From: Candidatus Flemingiibacterium sp.
Lineage (GTDB): Bacteria > Bacillota > Clostridia > Oscillospirales > CAG-272
Length of the DNA stretch: 64,000 nt
Direction of reading: 5' to 3'
Assembly (NCBI GenBank): GCA_045589075.1
Contig: JAZNFI010000053.1
Location: 173-64,172 of the forward strand
The position numbers were made by a program, and so were the translations under genes. Each line of letters opens with the position of its first letter. Position 1 is the first letter of the stretch. The notes under the pieces are model-generated. The model saw only the letters and a program-made list of their open reading frames with translations. It searched no databases and was not told where the DNA came from. Below are positions 55,274 through 64,000 of this stretch, piece after piece.

Positions 55274-57013
55274 TCAATCGGCAATCGCTGTACCTGCCGT
55301 AATGTCGGGTATTCTCATATCGGGACCGCGGCTCATAACAAAGTCAATCTTTGTTCCCTTGGGTATTTGAGTATCAGCCGCTCGGCTCTGACTTATGACA
55401 CAGCCCTTGTTAACTTCATTATTGTATTCATAAGAAACCTCGCCAAGCTCAAGCCCACTCCAGGAGAGCATCTTCATGACCGCACCCTCGTCACATTTAT
55501 AGAAATTCGGAGTAGATACATATTCAACATCCTGTCCCTTGCTTACATAAAGAGTGACAGAATCGCCCACATTCAGAGTAACACCTGCCTCAGGATCTGT
55601 CCTTATGACATAACCCTCGCTTATATATTCGTGCTCCTCCTTTATCTCCGTGGGAATAAGGCCCAGAGCTCTTAATTCAATGATCGCATCACGGGCATCA
55701 TCATACGCAAAATCCGGAAGCTTGCAGGTAGCCGCACCCCAACACACCGTCAGCTTAAGATCACAAAGCTGTTCTCCCTCTATAACCTTGCGTTTTTCGC
55801 TTGGCAGCGGGTCCTGGGCGACTATGACGTTTCTGTCGTAATTTGCGTCATAGATATACTCAACCTCAACATTGTAAAATTTGGATTCAAGCTCCGCCTC
55901 CAGCTCCTCGCTGTAAATTGCTCCTATAAATTTCGGTACGCTAATCTGTATCGAATTATTGGTGGATGTTACAGTAAACAATTCGGTAAGAAGCACGGCA
56001 GCACTGACGATGCATACGATCATAAATGCGCTGGCAACTCCGGCAATTACGGGAAACATAGAACGGCTGGCTCTTTTTGGCGGTACAAGTTTCCTTACAT
56101 TTGAAGGTGTATTTTGAGTATGATTGGACAACACATCAGATGTCAGCTCGGTTTTCGGCATTTTAAATACAGTTCTGGGGTTGTTCCTGACCTGGGCGAT
56201 ATGCCGAAGCATCTGAGCTGCACTCTGAAATCGGTTGTCGGGATTTTTCTCCATACATCCAAGTATTATTTGTTCAAGCCCTATGGGAAGCTGTGAATTC
56301 AGCTCACGAGGATGTCTTGGACGGTTTTTGACCTGCATAATAGCCACGGTAACAGGGCTGTCTGCCACAAAAGGCAGCTTTCCCGTTGCCATCTCATACA
56401 TGGTAACACCGAGAGAATAAATATCGCTTCTGCGGTCGATTTTTTTGCCGCTGGCCTGTTCGGGGCTGATGTAGAAAACAGTTCCGATAGCCTTGTCTGT
56501 CATGGTCACTGTTTCAGCATTGGGAAGCTTGGCAATACCAAAATCCGCAACCTTAATAACCCCGTTTTTGAGCATCATAATATTCTGAGGCTTAATATCA
56601 CGGTGCACTATGCCCTTTTGATGAGCGTGGTCAAGGGCAAGGAGTATCTGCTCGGTTATGCCTATTATTTCGTTAAAGCTGAGAACGCCCTTCTTGAGAA
56701 TATATTTCTTTAAAGTTATTCCCTCAACAAGCTCCATTACGATGTACTTAAGATTATCCTTTACCGAAACATCAAATATGTTGACAATGTTGGGGTGTGA
56801 AAGCATGGCGACCGCCTTGCTTTCGTTAATAAAGCGTTTAACTGCCTGCGCATCGTTGTTTATGTCATCCTTCAGCATCTTAACAGCAACATTTCTCCTC
56901 ATGAGAAGATCAGTTGCCTCAAAGACTACTGCCATGCCGCCGATGCCTATGACTTTTATAATTCTGTATCTTTTGTCAAACACCTGACCTACATACTTTT
57001 CAAACGAATCCAT
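55274..57013 (-). CDS. prkC: Ser/Thr protein kinase with three extracellular PASTA domains (PrkC-like)
   Basis: Kinase motifs GIGGMAVVF, VAVK, HRDIKPQN, DFGIA and SPEQ. One TM helix follows, then three PASTA-like repeats. I chose ATG 57013; the track start at 57019 is TTG. Confidence 0.92.
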   Translation of the reverse strand: MDSFEKYVGQVFDKRYRIIKVIGIGGMAVVFEATDLLMRRNVAVKMLKDDINNDAQAVKRFINESKAVAMLSHPNIVNIFDVSVKDNLKYIVMELVEGITLKKYILKKGVLSFNEIIGITEQILLALDHAHQKGIVHRDIKPQNIMMLKNGVIKVADFGIAKLPNAETVTMTDKAIGTVFYISPEQASGKKIDRRSDIYSLGVTMYEMATGKLPFVADSPVTVAIMQVKNRPRHPRELNSQLPIGLEQIILGCMEKNPDNRFQSAAQMLRHIAQVRNNPRTVFKMPKTELTSDVLSNHTQNTPSNVRKLVPPKRASRSMFPVIAGVASAFMIVCIVSAAVLLTELFTVTSTNNSIQISVPKFIGAIYSEELEAELESKFYNVEVEYIYDANYDRNVIVAQDPLPSEKRKVIEGEQLCDLKLTVCWGAATCKLPDFAYDDARDAIIELRALGLIPTEIKEEHEYISEGYVIRTDPEAGVTLNVGDSVTLYVSKGQDVEYVSTPNFYKCDEGAVMKMLSWSGLELGEVSYEYNNEVNKGCVISQSRAADTQIPKGTKIDFVMSRGPDMRIPDITAGTAIAD

Positions 57014-57015
57014 AC

Positions 57016-57819
57016 TCAACGCTCCTTTACATACTTTACGAGCACTGCGGTGATGTTGTCCGGACCGCCCGCCTCGTTTGCCGCATCAATTAAACGGTCA
57101 ATTTTGTCGCTGAGTTCGGATTCAACATCGGTAACTATCTCAATGTCAAGATCCGACGAAATTACCGAGTAAATATCTTCGGGAGCAAGCTGTCCCGAAA
57201 GGCCATCAGTACACAGGAGAAGATAACACACATCAAGGTCGTTAAGCTCAACAGAAAAAATATCAGCTTCAAGCTCATTTTTGATTCCAACCGCTCTCGT
57301 TATTCGGTTGCGGTAGGGGTGATTCCTTGCCTCCTCGGCGCTCAGAGAGCCGCTGTCAATGAGATGCTGAACATAGGAATGGTCATGTGTTATCTGTGTT
57401 ATCGTATTGTCTGAAATGAGATACAACCTGCTGTCACCCACATTGATAACATAGACTATATCGTTACAGAAAAGAGCAGCCACAAGGGTAGTTCCCATTC
57501 CGTGATAATCAGGATTGCTTTGGGACTTCTTATACACCTCGCGGTTAGCGTCTTTTGCCGCATCGTCGAGAATTACGCAGGCATCGTCACTTGAAAGCTC
57601 AAGAATGCCCTCCTTATTTGTTTTTGGAGCGGCATATTTTATTACCTGCCTTGCAAAGGTCTCAACAGCAAGCTCGCTTGCTACATTTCCGCTCTTTGCA
57701 CCGCCCATGCCGTCGCACACAACGCACAGCGCAGCATTTTTACAAATGGGACGTATCAGGTAGCTGTCCTGATTCATGGTCCGCATTTTGCCCATATCGC
57801 TTTTACCGAAAAAATTCAT
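57016..57819 (-). CDS. prpC: PP2C-family Ser/Thr phosphatase (PrpC/Stp-like)
   Basis: GKMRTMNQDS, VCDGMGG, and CTDGLS...GGPDNITAVLV. Confidence 0.9.
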   Translation of the reverse strand: MNFFGKSDMGKMRTMNQDSYLIRPICKNAALCVVCDGMGGAKSGNVASELAVETFARQVIKYAAPKTNKEGILELSSDDACVILDDAAKDANREVYKKSQSNPDYHGMGTTLVAALFCNDIVYVINVGDSRLYLISDNTITQITHDHSYVQHLIDSGSLSAEEARNHPYRNRITRAVGIKNELEADIFSVELNDLDVCYLLLCTDGLSGQLAPEDIYSVISSDLDIEIVTDVESELSDKIDRLIDAANEAGGPDNITAVLVKYVKER

Positions 57820-57886
57820 TTATACGATCATTCCTCTCATATGGAATCGGATACCGATCCGTATACAGTAGTGCCCACATCCGGAA

Positions 57887-58978
57887 TTACAGACCTGCTT
57901 GTTCACTCTGTACTTTTTCTTTGAGTTTAGCCCGCCTCAGCTGTCCGCATGAAGCGTTTATATCTCCACCGAGCTTTCTTCTCACTGTTGCATTGATACC
58001 CAGCGAATTGAGTGTATCGCAAAAACGCTTGACAGCATCAACACCCGAGCGTGAGAAGCCGCTTTCCTCGACCTCATTTACAGGAATCAAATTTACATGT
58101 ATGGGAAACGGTTTTGAGTTTTTGTAAAGTCCGTGCTTTAGTGTGCTTGCTAACCGACGGGCATATTCGACGGAGTCATTCTTTCCCGCAATAAGTGTAT
58201 ATTCAAAGGATATACGGCGTCCTGTAGCATCGAAATAACGCCTGCAGGCATCAAGCAGTTCGGATATGCTCCATTTCTTGTTTATGGGCATGATAGAGGA
58301 TCTTGTGTCATCATCTGCCGCATGGAGAGAGATTGAAAGTGTTATCTGAAGATCAAGCTTCGCCATTTGGTCAATTTTATCAACCAGTCCGCAGGTTGAA
58401 AGAGAAATATGGCGGCTTCCAATATTAATTCCGTCGGGATCGCTCACAAGACTCAAAAATTTAAGTGTATTTTCATAGTTATCAAGGGGTTCGCCAATAC
58501 CCATCATAACAATGTTTGATATTCGCTCACCCATATCACGCTCTGCAGCAATAACCTGTCCGAGTATTTCGCCAGGGCGGAGCTTTCTCACAAGACCGCC
58601 TATGGTAGAGGCACAGAACCTGCATCCCATGGGACATCCAACCTCGCTGGAAATACATATGGTATTTCCGTGCTTGTAGCGCATGAAAACACTCTCGATT
58701 ATATTTCCGTCGGATAATCCGAACAGATATTTTACCGTTCCGTCAAGCTTTGAAACAAGCTTTTCCTCAACAGTAGGAAGATCAACAAAGGCGGTCTCTG
58801 AAAGCTTTTCACGAAGTTTTTTTGACAGATTTGTCATGCCGTCAATACGAACACCCTTGTGCATCCAGTAAAATATCTGCTTTGCGCGGTATTTAGGCTC
58901 ACCAAGCTCAAAAAGGAAAGTCTCAAGCTCGGGAATATTCATTGAAAGAAGGTCAACCTTGCCGTTAATTAACTCCAT
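57887..58978 (-). CDS. rlmN: 23S rRNA/tRNA (adenine-C2)-methyltransferase RlmN (radical SAM)
   Basis: YRAKQIF.W, CPMGCRFCAS, MGIGEP and CGQL. Confidence 0.92.
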   Translation of the reverse strand: MELINGKVDLLSMNIPELETFLFELGEPKYRAKQIFYWMHKGVRIDGMTNLSKKLREKLSETAFVDLPTVEEKLVSKLDGTVKYLFGLSDGNIIESVFMRYKHGNTICISSEVGCPMGCRFCASTIGGLVRKLRPGEILGQVIAAERDMGERISNIVMMGIGEPLDNYENTLKFLSLVSDPDGINIGSRHISLSTCGLVDKIDQMAKLDLQITLSISLHAADDDTRSSIMPINKKWSISELLDACRRYFDATGRRISFEYTLIAGKNDSVEYARRLASTLKHGLYKNSKPFPIHVNLIPVNEVEESGFSRSGVDAVKRFCDTLNSLGINATVRRKLGGDINASCGQLRRAKLKEKVQSEQAGL

Positions 58979-58982
58979 AGCA

Positions 58983-60317
58983 CTACCGTTTTCTCCTCAG
59001 CTTTGCTATAAAGAACCCATCGGTTCCGTGTATATTCGGGAGCAGAGTGATCATCCCGTCAGCGGCATCAAGACCGTTCACGTAAAAAGGTTCAGTGTAA
59101 AAATCGGCATGTTCACCGAGGAACCTTTTGACCACGCGCTCATTTTCATCCTTGTTAACAGTGCAGGTGGAATAGCAAAGCACTCCGCCGCACCTTACAT
59201 AATTCGCAGCTGTATCAAGTATTGAATATTGTATCTGTGGAAGCCGTCTGACATCATCTTCCGATTTATACCTTATTTCAGGCTTTTTCGCAATAACACC
59301 GAGACCTGAACAAGGAACATCGCACATTACGGTATCGGCACAGCCGCAAAGACTCTCGTCATAAACAGAGCCGTTTTTTTCGGCAATTTCAATAATGTCG
59401 ATTCCAAGCCTCTTTGCCCCTGCTTCAACCAAGGAAAGCTTGCTCTTATGAAGATCAAAGCTCATGACTTTTCCACGATTCTCCATGATGATCGCCGCCG
59501 AAAAACTTTTTCCGCCCGGGCAAGCGCAGGTGTCAATAAGCACCGTATCGGGCGAAGGAGCTGCCGTCAGTACGGCTATTTGGGAAGCCTCGTCCTGTAT
59601 ATAGACGTCTCCCGACGCAATAAGTTCCGATACCTTGCCGTCAAGCGTTTTTTCCGTAAGCCTTATGCCATGCGGTGAATAGACCGTGGGGGAAGCGTGT
59701 ATTCCCTCACTCACAAGCATTTCCAGAACAGCTTCTCGGCTGTTTTTCAGGGTATTCACCCGAAGCGTCACATCGGGCTGTGCTTCAAAGGCAGAGAGAA
59801 CAGACTCTGCATCCTGCACCGACGCACTTATTAGTTCCACAACATCCCGTGAACATGAATATCTAACCGAAAGATACTCGATATTGTCCGCTTTGTCGGG
59901 ATAGGGCAGCGCATCCTTACTGTATGTACGCAAAAACCCCCGAAGCACCGCATTAACAAATGATGCGGCGCGCGGTGCAATTTTTTTTGAAAGCTTCACA
60001 GTTTCGTTGACAGCCGCACTGTCCGGAATACGGTCAAGCCATATAAGCTGGTAAAGCCCCATGCAAATAAGGGTCATCACTTCATTATCAAGGCTTTGGA
60101 TAGGCTTTGATGACAGCTTGCCCACAATATAGCGAAGGGTAAGTCTGCGCTCAATAACTCCGTAAACAAGCGTGGTGTAAAGTCCTTTTTCCGCCCCTTC
60201 AAGAGAAAATCGTTTGATTGCGGCATCTATCTCAAGATTTGAGTATTTTCGATCATTGTCGCAAAGTATAAGCGAACGGTAAGCCGCTTCTCTTGCACTG
60301 ATTTTTGGCCTGTTCAT
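58983..60317 (-). CDS. rsmB: 16S rRNA (cytosine-C5)-methyltransferase RsmB
   Basis: NusB-like N-terminal domain, DTCACPGGKS, DVPCSGLG, YSTCT and GTDGFFIAKL. Confidence 0.9.
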   Translation of the reverse strand: MNRPKISAREAAYRSLILCDNDRKYSNLEIDAAIKRFSLEGAEKGLYTTLVYGVIERRLTLRYIVGKLSSKPIQSLDNEVMTLICMGLYQLIWLDRIPDSAAVNETVKLSKKIAPRAASFVNAVLRGFLRTYSKDALPYPDKADNIEYLSVRYSCSRDVVELISASVQDAESVLSAFEAQPDVTLRVNTLKNSREAVLEMLVSEGIHASPTVYSPHGIRLTEKTLDGKVSELIASGDVYIQDEASQIAVLTAAPSPDTVLIDTCACPGGKSFSAAIIMENRGKVMSFDLHKSKLSLVEAGAKRLGIDIIEIAEKNGSVYDESLCGCADTVMCDVPCSGLGVIAKKPEIRYKSEDDVRRLPQIQYSILDTAANYVRCGGVLCYSTCTVNKDENERVVKRFLGEHADFYTEPFYVNGLDAADGMITLLPNIHGTDGFFIAKLRRKR

Positions 60318-61022
60318 TTATCTTCGCCTGCTCCCCCGCTTTGCAACAAAAAATATTCGGATAAGGTTGGCAAGTGACACCGCAAGTGCCGCCACATATG
60401 TGAGTGCCGCCGCAGTCAACACCTTTCTGGCACTCTTAAGTCCCGAATCATCCATTCCGGCACCTTTAAGCGCAGCCATTGCTCTTTTACTTGCGTTAAA
60501 CTCCACAGGCAGCGTCACAAGCTGAAAAACAGTGGAAAGTCCGAATGCGGCAACTCCAATATATGCTAAATATTCAAATCCCAGCACGATGCCCAGCAGC
60601 ACAAGAGGAACGGCAAGGTTAGAACCGATATTGGTGACGGGAATTATTGCGGAACGTATTTTCATGGGAGTATATCCCACCGCATACTGTACGGCATGGC
60701 CTGCCTCGTGAGCAGCAACCCCCACTGCCGCTGAGCTGGCAACCGAATACACGGTATCAGACAGATAAACAGTGTTGTCCTTGGGATTGAAATGGTCGGT
60801 TAAATCTCCCGACACCTTTTCTACGCGTACGCTTGAAAGCCCGTTTGCGTCGAGTATGCGCCTTGCAGAATCATAGCCCGTCATTCCTCCCCATGAAGCA
60901 GATTTGGAATATTTCGCAAACGTTGACTTAACATTGAACTGTGCCCAAAAAGCAAGTATGATCGCAGGAAGCACAAGCATAAGATAAGTCATGTCAAAAC
61001 CGTAATAATACATCCCGGGCAT
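60318..61022 (-). CDS. Membrane zinc metallopeptidase (YugP-like)
   Basis: HEAGHAVQ motif flanked by TM helices. Confidence 0.75.
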   Translation of the reverse strand: MPGMYYYGFDMTYLMLVLPAIILAFWAQFNVKSTFAKYSKSASWGGMTGYDSARRILDANGLSSVRVEKVSGDLTDHFNPKDNTVYLSDTVYSVASSAAVGVAAHEAGHAVQYAVGYTPMKIRSAIIPVTNIGSNLAVPLVLLGIVLGFEYLAYIGVAAFGLSTVFQLVTLPVEFNASKRAMAALKGAGMDDSGLKSARKVLTAAALTYVAALAVSLANLIRIFFVAKRGSRRR

Positions 61023-61035
61023 TTTATTACCGCCT

Positions 61036-61992
61036 TTACTTTGAATATTTCGTAAGTACGTCCCCTATGACGATTTTTCTGCCGTTAATGAAGTCTGCCG
61101 CACGCATACGGCTCTTGCCCTCCGGAAGCACTCCTGTTATGTTGACCGACCCATTTCTGCAAGCAACCTCTATGGTATTCTCCGACGCGCTGCAGGCAAG
61201 CACCTCGCCAGGCACCGCGTGAGATTTGTGAGTATCGCCAAGCTTTGAGCTTACTATTTTCAAAGCCTTTCCGCCATGGCTTACCACAGCAAGGGGAAAC
61301 GGTGAAAGTCCCCGTATGCGATTGTGCACAGCTACAGCATCCTCATCAAAATCGAGAACACAGTCCGCATTTTCAATTTTTGCGGCATAAGTTGAGAGTG
61401 AATCGTCTTGCTTTTCGCGCTTGGCTGTACCGTTTTCAAGTGCCGTCACTGTTTCGAGAAGCAGCCTTGCTCCTGCATCAGCCAGTTTGTCATGCATTGT
61501 TTCAAAATTATCGTCAACACCTATGGGCACCGTGTCCTTTGAAAGCATATCTCCTGTGTCGAGTCCTACATCCATGTACATTATGGTGATGCCCGTCTCG
61601 GCCTCACCGTCCATTATAGCGCGCTGTATGGGAGCCGCTCCCCGATACTTAGGAAGAAGTGAGCCGTGAACATTTATGCATCCCAGCCTTGGATAGCTGA
61701 TTACATTTTCCGGAAGAATCTTGCCATAAGCCGCAACGATAATAAGCTCCGGTGCAAGTGTATCAAGAAGCTTCGCAAATTCGTCCCCGCGAAGTGTAGC
61801 CGGCTGATATACGGGTATGCCGTGCTCTTCTGCGCACACCTTAACGGGTGGTGGGGTAAGCACCATTTTTCTGCCCCTTGGTTTATCGGGCTGGGTAACA
61901 ACTCCTATAATCTGTGCACCTGATGAAATAAGTGCTTCAAGCTGTATTTTAGCAAAGTCGGGTGTACCCATAAACAAAATTTTTATATTCAT
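61036..61992 (-). CDS. fmt: Methionyl-tRNA formyltransferase
   Basis: ILFMGTPDFA, NVHGSLLPKYRGAAPIQ. I chose ATG 61992, 5 nt after AGGTGA. Confidence 0.92.
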   Translation of the reverse strand: MNIKILFMGTPDFAKIQLEALISSGAQIIGVVTQPDKPRGRKMVLTPPPVKVCAEEHGIPVYQPATLRGDEFAKLLDTLAPELIIVAAYGKILPENVISYPRLGCINVHGSLLPKYRGAAPIQRAIMDGEAETGITIMYMDVGLDTGDMLSKDTVPIGVDDNFETMHDKLADAGARLLLETVTALENGTAKREKQDDSLSTYAAKIENADCVLDFDEDAVAVHNRIRGLSPFPLAVVSHGGKALKIVSSKLGDTHKSHAVPGEVLACSASENTIEVACRNGSVNITGVLPEGKSRMRAADFINGRKIVIGDVLTKYSK

Positions 61993-62001
61993 AAGCTTCA
62001 C

Positions 62002-62472
62002 CTAAAATTCAAGCTCTTCAGGATCAACCATCCTTATTACGTTATCTGTAAACAGAACACCGTCAAGATGATCAAGCTCATGACAGAATGCTCTCGCGTA
62101 CAGTTCAGAACCGCTGACCTGATGACTTTTTCCGTCAAGGCCCATATATCTGACAGTAACCTTCATGGGGCGATCGGTTATTCCCCACTGTTCGGGAATT
62201 GAAAGACAGCCTTCAACCTCCTGCTGATTACCTTCCCTTTTTACTATAACAGGATTGAGCATGATGTAGGGCTTGCCTTCATCAACCTCAACAATTACAA
62301 GGCGACGAAGCTTTCCTACCTGTACCGCCGCAAGTCCAACTCCCCCGGTTTCGTGAAGAGTTTCAAGCATATCCTCGGCGAGAGTCTTTATTCGCTGGTC
62401 TATTACTTCAATGGGACGGCTTTTTTTACGAAGTATTGGGTCTCCGTCCTTAACAATATTTAGCTTTGCCAT
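62002..62472 (-). CDS. def: Peptide deformylase
   Basis: GVGLAAVQVG, EGCLS and HELDHL motifs. Confidence 0.95.
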   Translation of the reverse strand: MAKLNIVKDGDPILRKKSRPIEVIDQRIKTLAEDMLETLHETGGVGLAAVQVGKLRRLVIVEVDEGKPYIMLNPVIVKREGNQQEVEGCLSIPEQWGITDRPMKVTVRYMGLDGKSHQVSGSELYARAFCHELDHLDGVLFTDNVIRMVDPEELEF

Positions 62473-62496
62473 TTATCAATCTCCTTATACCGAATA

Positions 62497-64000
62497 TCAC
62501 ATGGATGTGGGATTAACATCAGCGGATATACCCGCTTTTGCCGACGCCTTTGGGAAATCTCCCAAAAGCCGAGATAACAGCTCACGCATGCGTTTTGTGA
62601 CTTGGCATTTCATGATGATTCTCATTCTGAAAATGTTGTTTAATTTGTATATAGGTGCCTCGAATGGTCCGAAAATGTACATCGGAACATCTGAAAACTC
62701 ATCGTCGATGTACGCTCTCAGCTTTTTATCAAGCTCAAGCGTCAGCGAAAGCACCGCTGATTCATCATCCCCGTGTACAGACAAAAGCACAAAGTCGCAA
62801 AAAGGCGGAAACCCGAGATTTCGACGAAGCTTCACCGCGCTTTCGTAGAAACCGTTGTAGTCCTGCCTAGCTGAAAGATTCAGTGTCTCGTTATCAGGTG
62901 AATATGTCTGAATCAGCGCACGCCCCGGCTTATCGGCACGCCCTGCTCTTCCAATCACCTGTGTCAGAAGCGCAAAGGTTCTTTCCGTAGCTCTGAAGTC
63001 GTCAAGATAGAGTGCGCTGTCTGCGTTTATCACACCAACAAGAGTAACATCCGGGAAATTGTGTCCCTTTGTAACCATTTGTGTGCCTATAAGTATGTCA
63101 GCCTCATGATTTCTAAACTGTGAGAGTATTGCCTCATGAGAAAACTTTGTTCCTGTTGCATCAGCGTCCAGCCGCAGCACGCGGGCATTGGGAAACAGTG
63201 AGTGGATCTCCTCCGCAACCAGCTGTGTGCCAAATCCCTTTCTTGTCATATGCAGAGATGAACATTTTGGGCATACATCAGGCACCTTCGACACATGACC
63301 GCAGTAGTGGCATTTGAGAAGATCGTGTTCTCTTTCTCTGTGGAATGTCAGCGACACAGAGCAGTTGGGGCAAGTCACCACCTCGCCGCATTTCTGACAG
63401 CTCACAAAGTTATTATAGCCTCGGCGGGACACAAAAAGTATTGACTGCTCACCTTTTTTAAGATTATCGCCAAGCTCACGCCTTAATTCTGCGCCGATGG
63501 GGGTGATATGACCCTTTGCGGTGTCAACGCGTAGATCCGCAAATTTCACCTCAGGAAGCATGGCGTTTCCAAAACGCTCCGATAGGGTAACAAGAGAATA
63601 TATTCCCTCTTTTGCACGGTAATATGATTCAAGAGACGGCGTTGCTGATGCAAGCAGCATAAGCGCACCGTTTTTCGCTGCACGGTATCGTGCCACATCT
63701 TTGGTATGATATTTTGGAGTCATATCTGATTTATAGGTATGCTCCTGTTCTTCATCTATAACTATCATCCCGAGATTGTCGAGAGGGGCAAAGATCGCGG
63801 AACGGGTACCAATAACCACGTCAACCTCATGCGCCCTTATACGCTTCCACGCATCAAGCTTCTCACCGCCCGACAAAGAAGAATGTATGACTGCAACCCG
63901 TTCACCGAAATATCCGCAGAATAGATCAACGGTCTGCCCCGTGAGAGAAATCTCAGGCACAAGAACTATAACCGAACGCCCCTTCGCAATCACGCTGTCA
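62497..64000 (-). CDS. priA: Primosomal protein N' (PriA helicase), N-terminal part beyond the window edge
   Basis: VIDEEQEHTYK (DExx), LLASATPS, zinc-binding CQKCGEVVTCPNCSVSLTFH...CHYCGHVSKVPDVCPKCSS, and GTQMVTKGHNFP. The ORF is open to base 64000. Confidence 0.92.
   Translation of the reverse strand, partial: DSVIAKGRSVIVLVPEISLTGQTVDLFCGYFGERVAVIHSSLSGGEKLDAWKRIRAHEVDVVIGTRSAIFAPLDNLGMIVIDEEQEHTYKSDMTPKYHTKDVARYRAAKNGALMLLASATPSLESYYRAKEGIYSLVTLSERFGNAMLPEVKFADLRVDTAKGHITPIGAELRRELGDNLKKGEQSILFVSRRGYNNFVSCQKCGEVVTCPNCSVSLTFHREREHDLLKCHYCGHVSKVPDVCPKCSSLHMTRKGFGTQLVAEEIHSLFPNARVLRLDADATGTKFSHEAILSQFRNHEADILIGTQMVTKGHNFPDVTLVGVINADSALYLDDFRATERTFALLTQVIGRAGRADKPGRALIQTYSPDNETLNLSARQDYNGFYESAVKLRRNLGFPPFCDFVLLSVHGDDESAVLSLTLELDKKLRAYIDDEFSDVPMYIFGPFEAPIYKLNNIFRMRIIMKCQVTKRMRELLSRLLGDFPKASAKAGISADVNPTSM

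Noticed and set aside
1-64000. Whole-window scan for CRISPR arrays, IS/transposase, integrase, phage, toxin-antitoxin, retron/DGR reverse transcriptase or restriction-modification genes.
   Set aside because: No direct-repeat/spacer arrays were seen. None of the ORF translations show transposase, recombinase, RT, nuclease-defence or methyltransferase-R/M signatures. The only DNA helicases are housekeeping DnaB and PriA.

Overview
This 64-kb chromosomal segment looks like a Firmicutes/Clostridia genome. That assignment is inference only, from gene content and order (tilS-hpt-ftsH, gdpP-rplI-dnaB, priA-def-fmt-rsmB-rlmN-prpC-prkC-rsgA-thiN), a PASTA kinase, and many TTGACA-17-TATAAT-like promoters. 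I call 51 protein genes (43 on the minus strand, two cut by the window edges) and one tRNA-Glu(CUC). I recognised no rRNA, CRISPR array, transposase, integrase or phage genes. Most of the window is housekeeping. The one clearly accessory block, and my best candidate for an undescribed system, is a ~12-kb seven-gene minus-strand operon (3575-15686). It encodes a 997-aa solute-binding protein with a long N-terminal extension, two divergent pairs of CUT1-type ABC permeases, a 708-aa NHL-propeller/Yip1 membrane fusion, and a 1006-aa secreted protein of unknown function. The block has no ATPase, regulator or recognisable hydrolase, and it sits downstream of a ~700-nt ORF-free region rich in palindromes. 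Other oddities:
- carB runs in frame, without a stop codon, into dapF.
- A decayed copy of the tRNA-Glu 3' half lies 130 nt from the intact tRNA.
- A 1033-aa type-I membrane protein carries matching CBM-like modules at both ends.
- An nrdG-like activase has no nrdD nearby.
- A DUF1653 gene is translationally coupled to a two-domain P-loop kinase gene.
- Several promoter-proximal palindromes are present.
All family names come from reading the translations by eye. No database, HMM or folding computation was run. Start codons were chosen from SD/ATG context, and the ORF track labels TTG/GTG starts as M.
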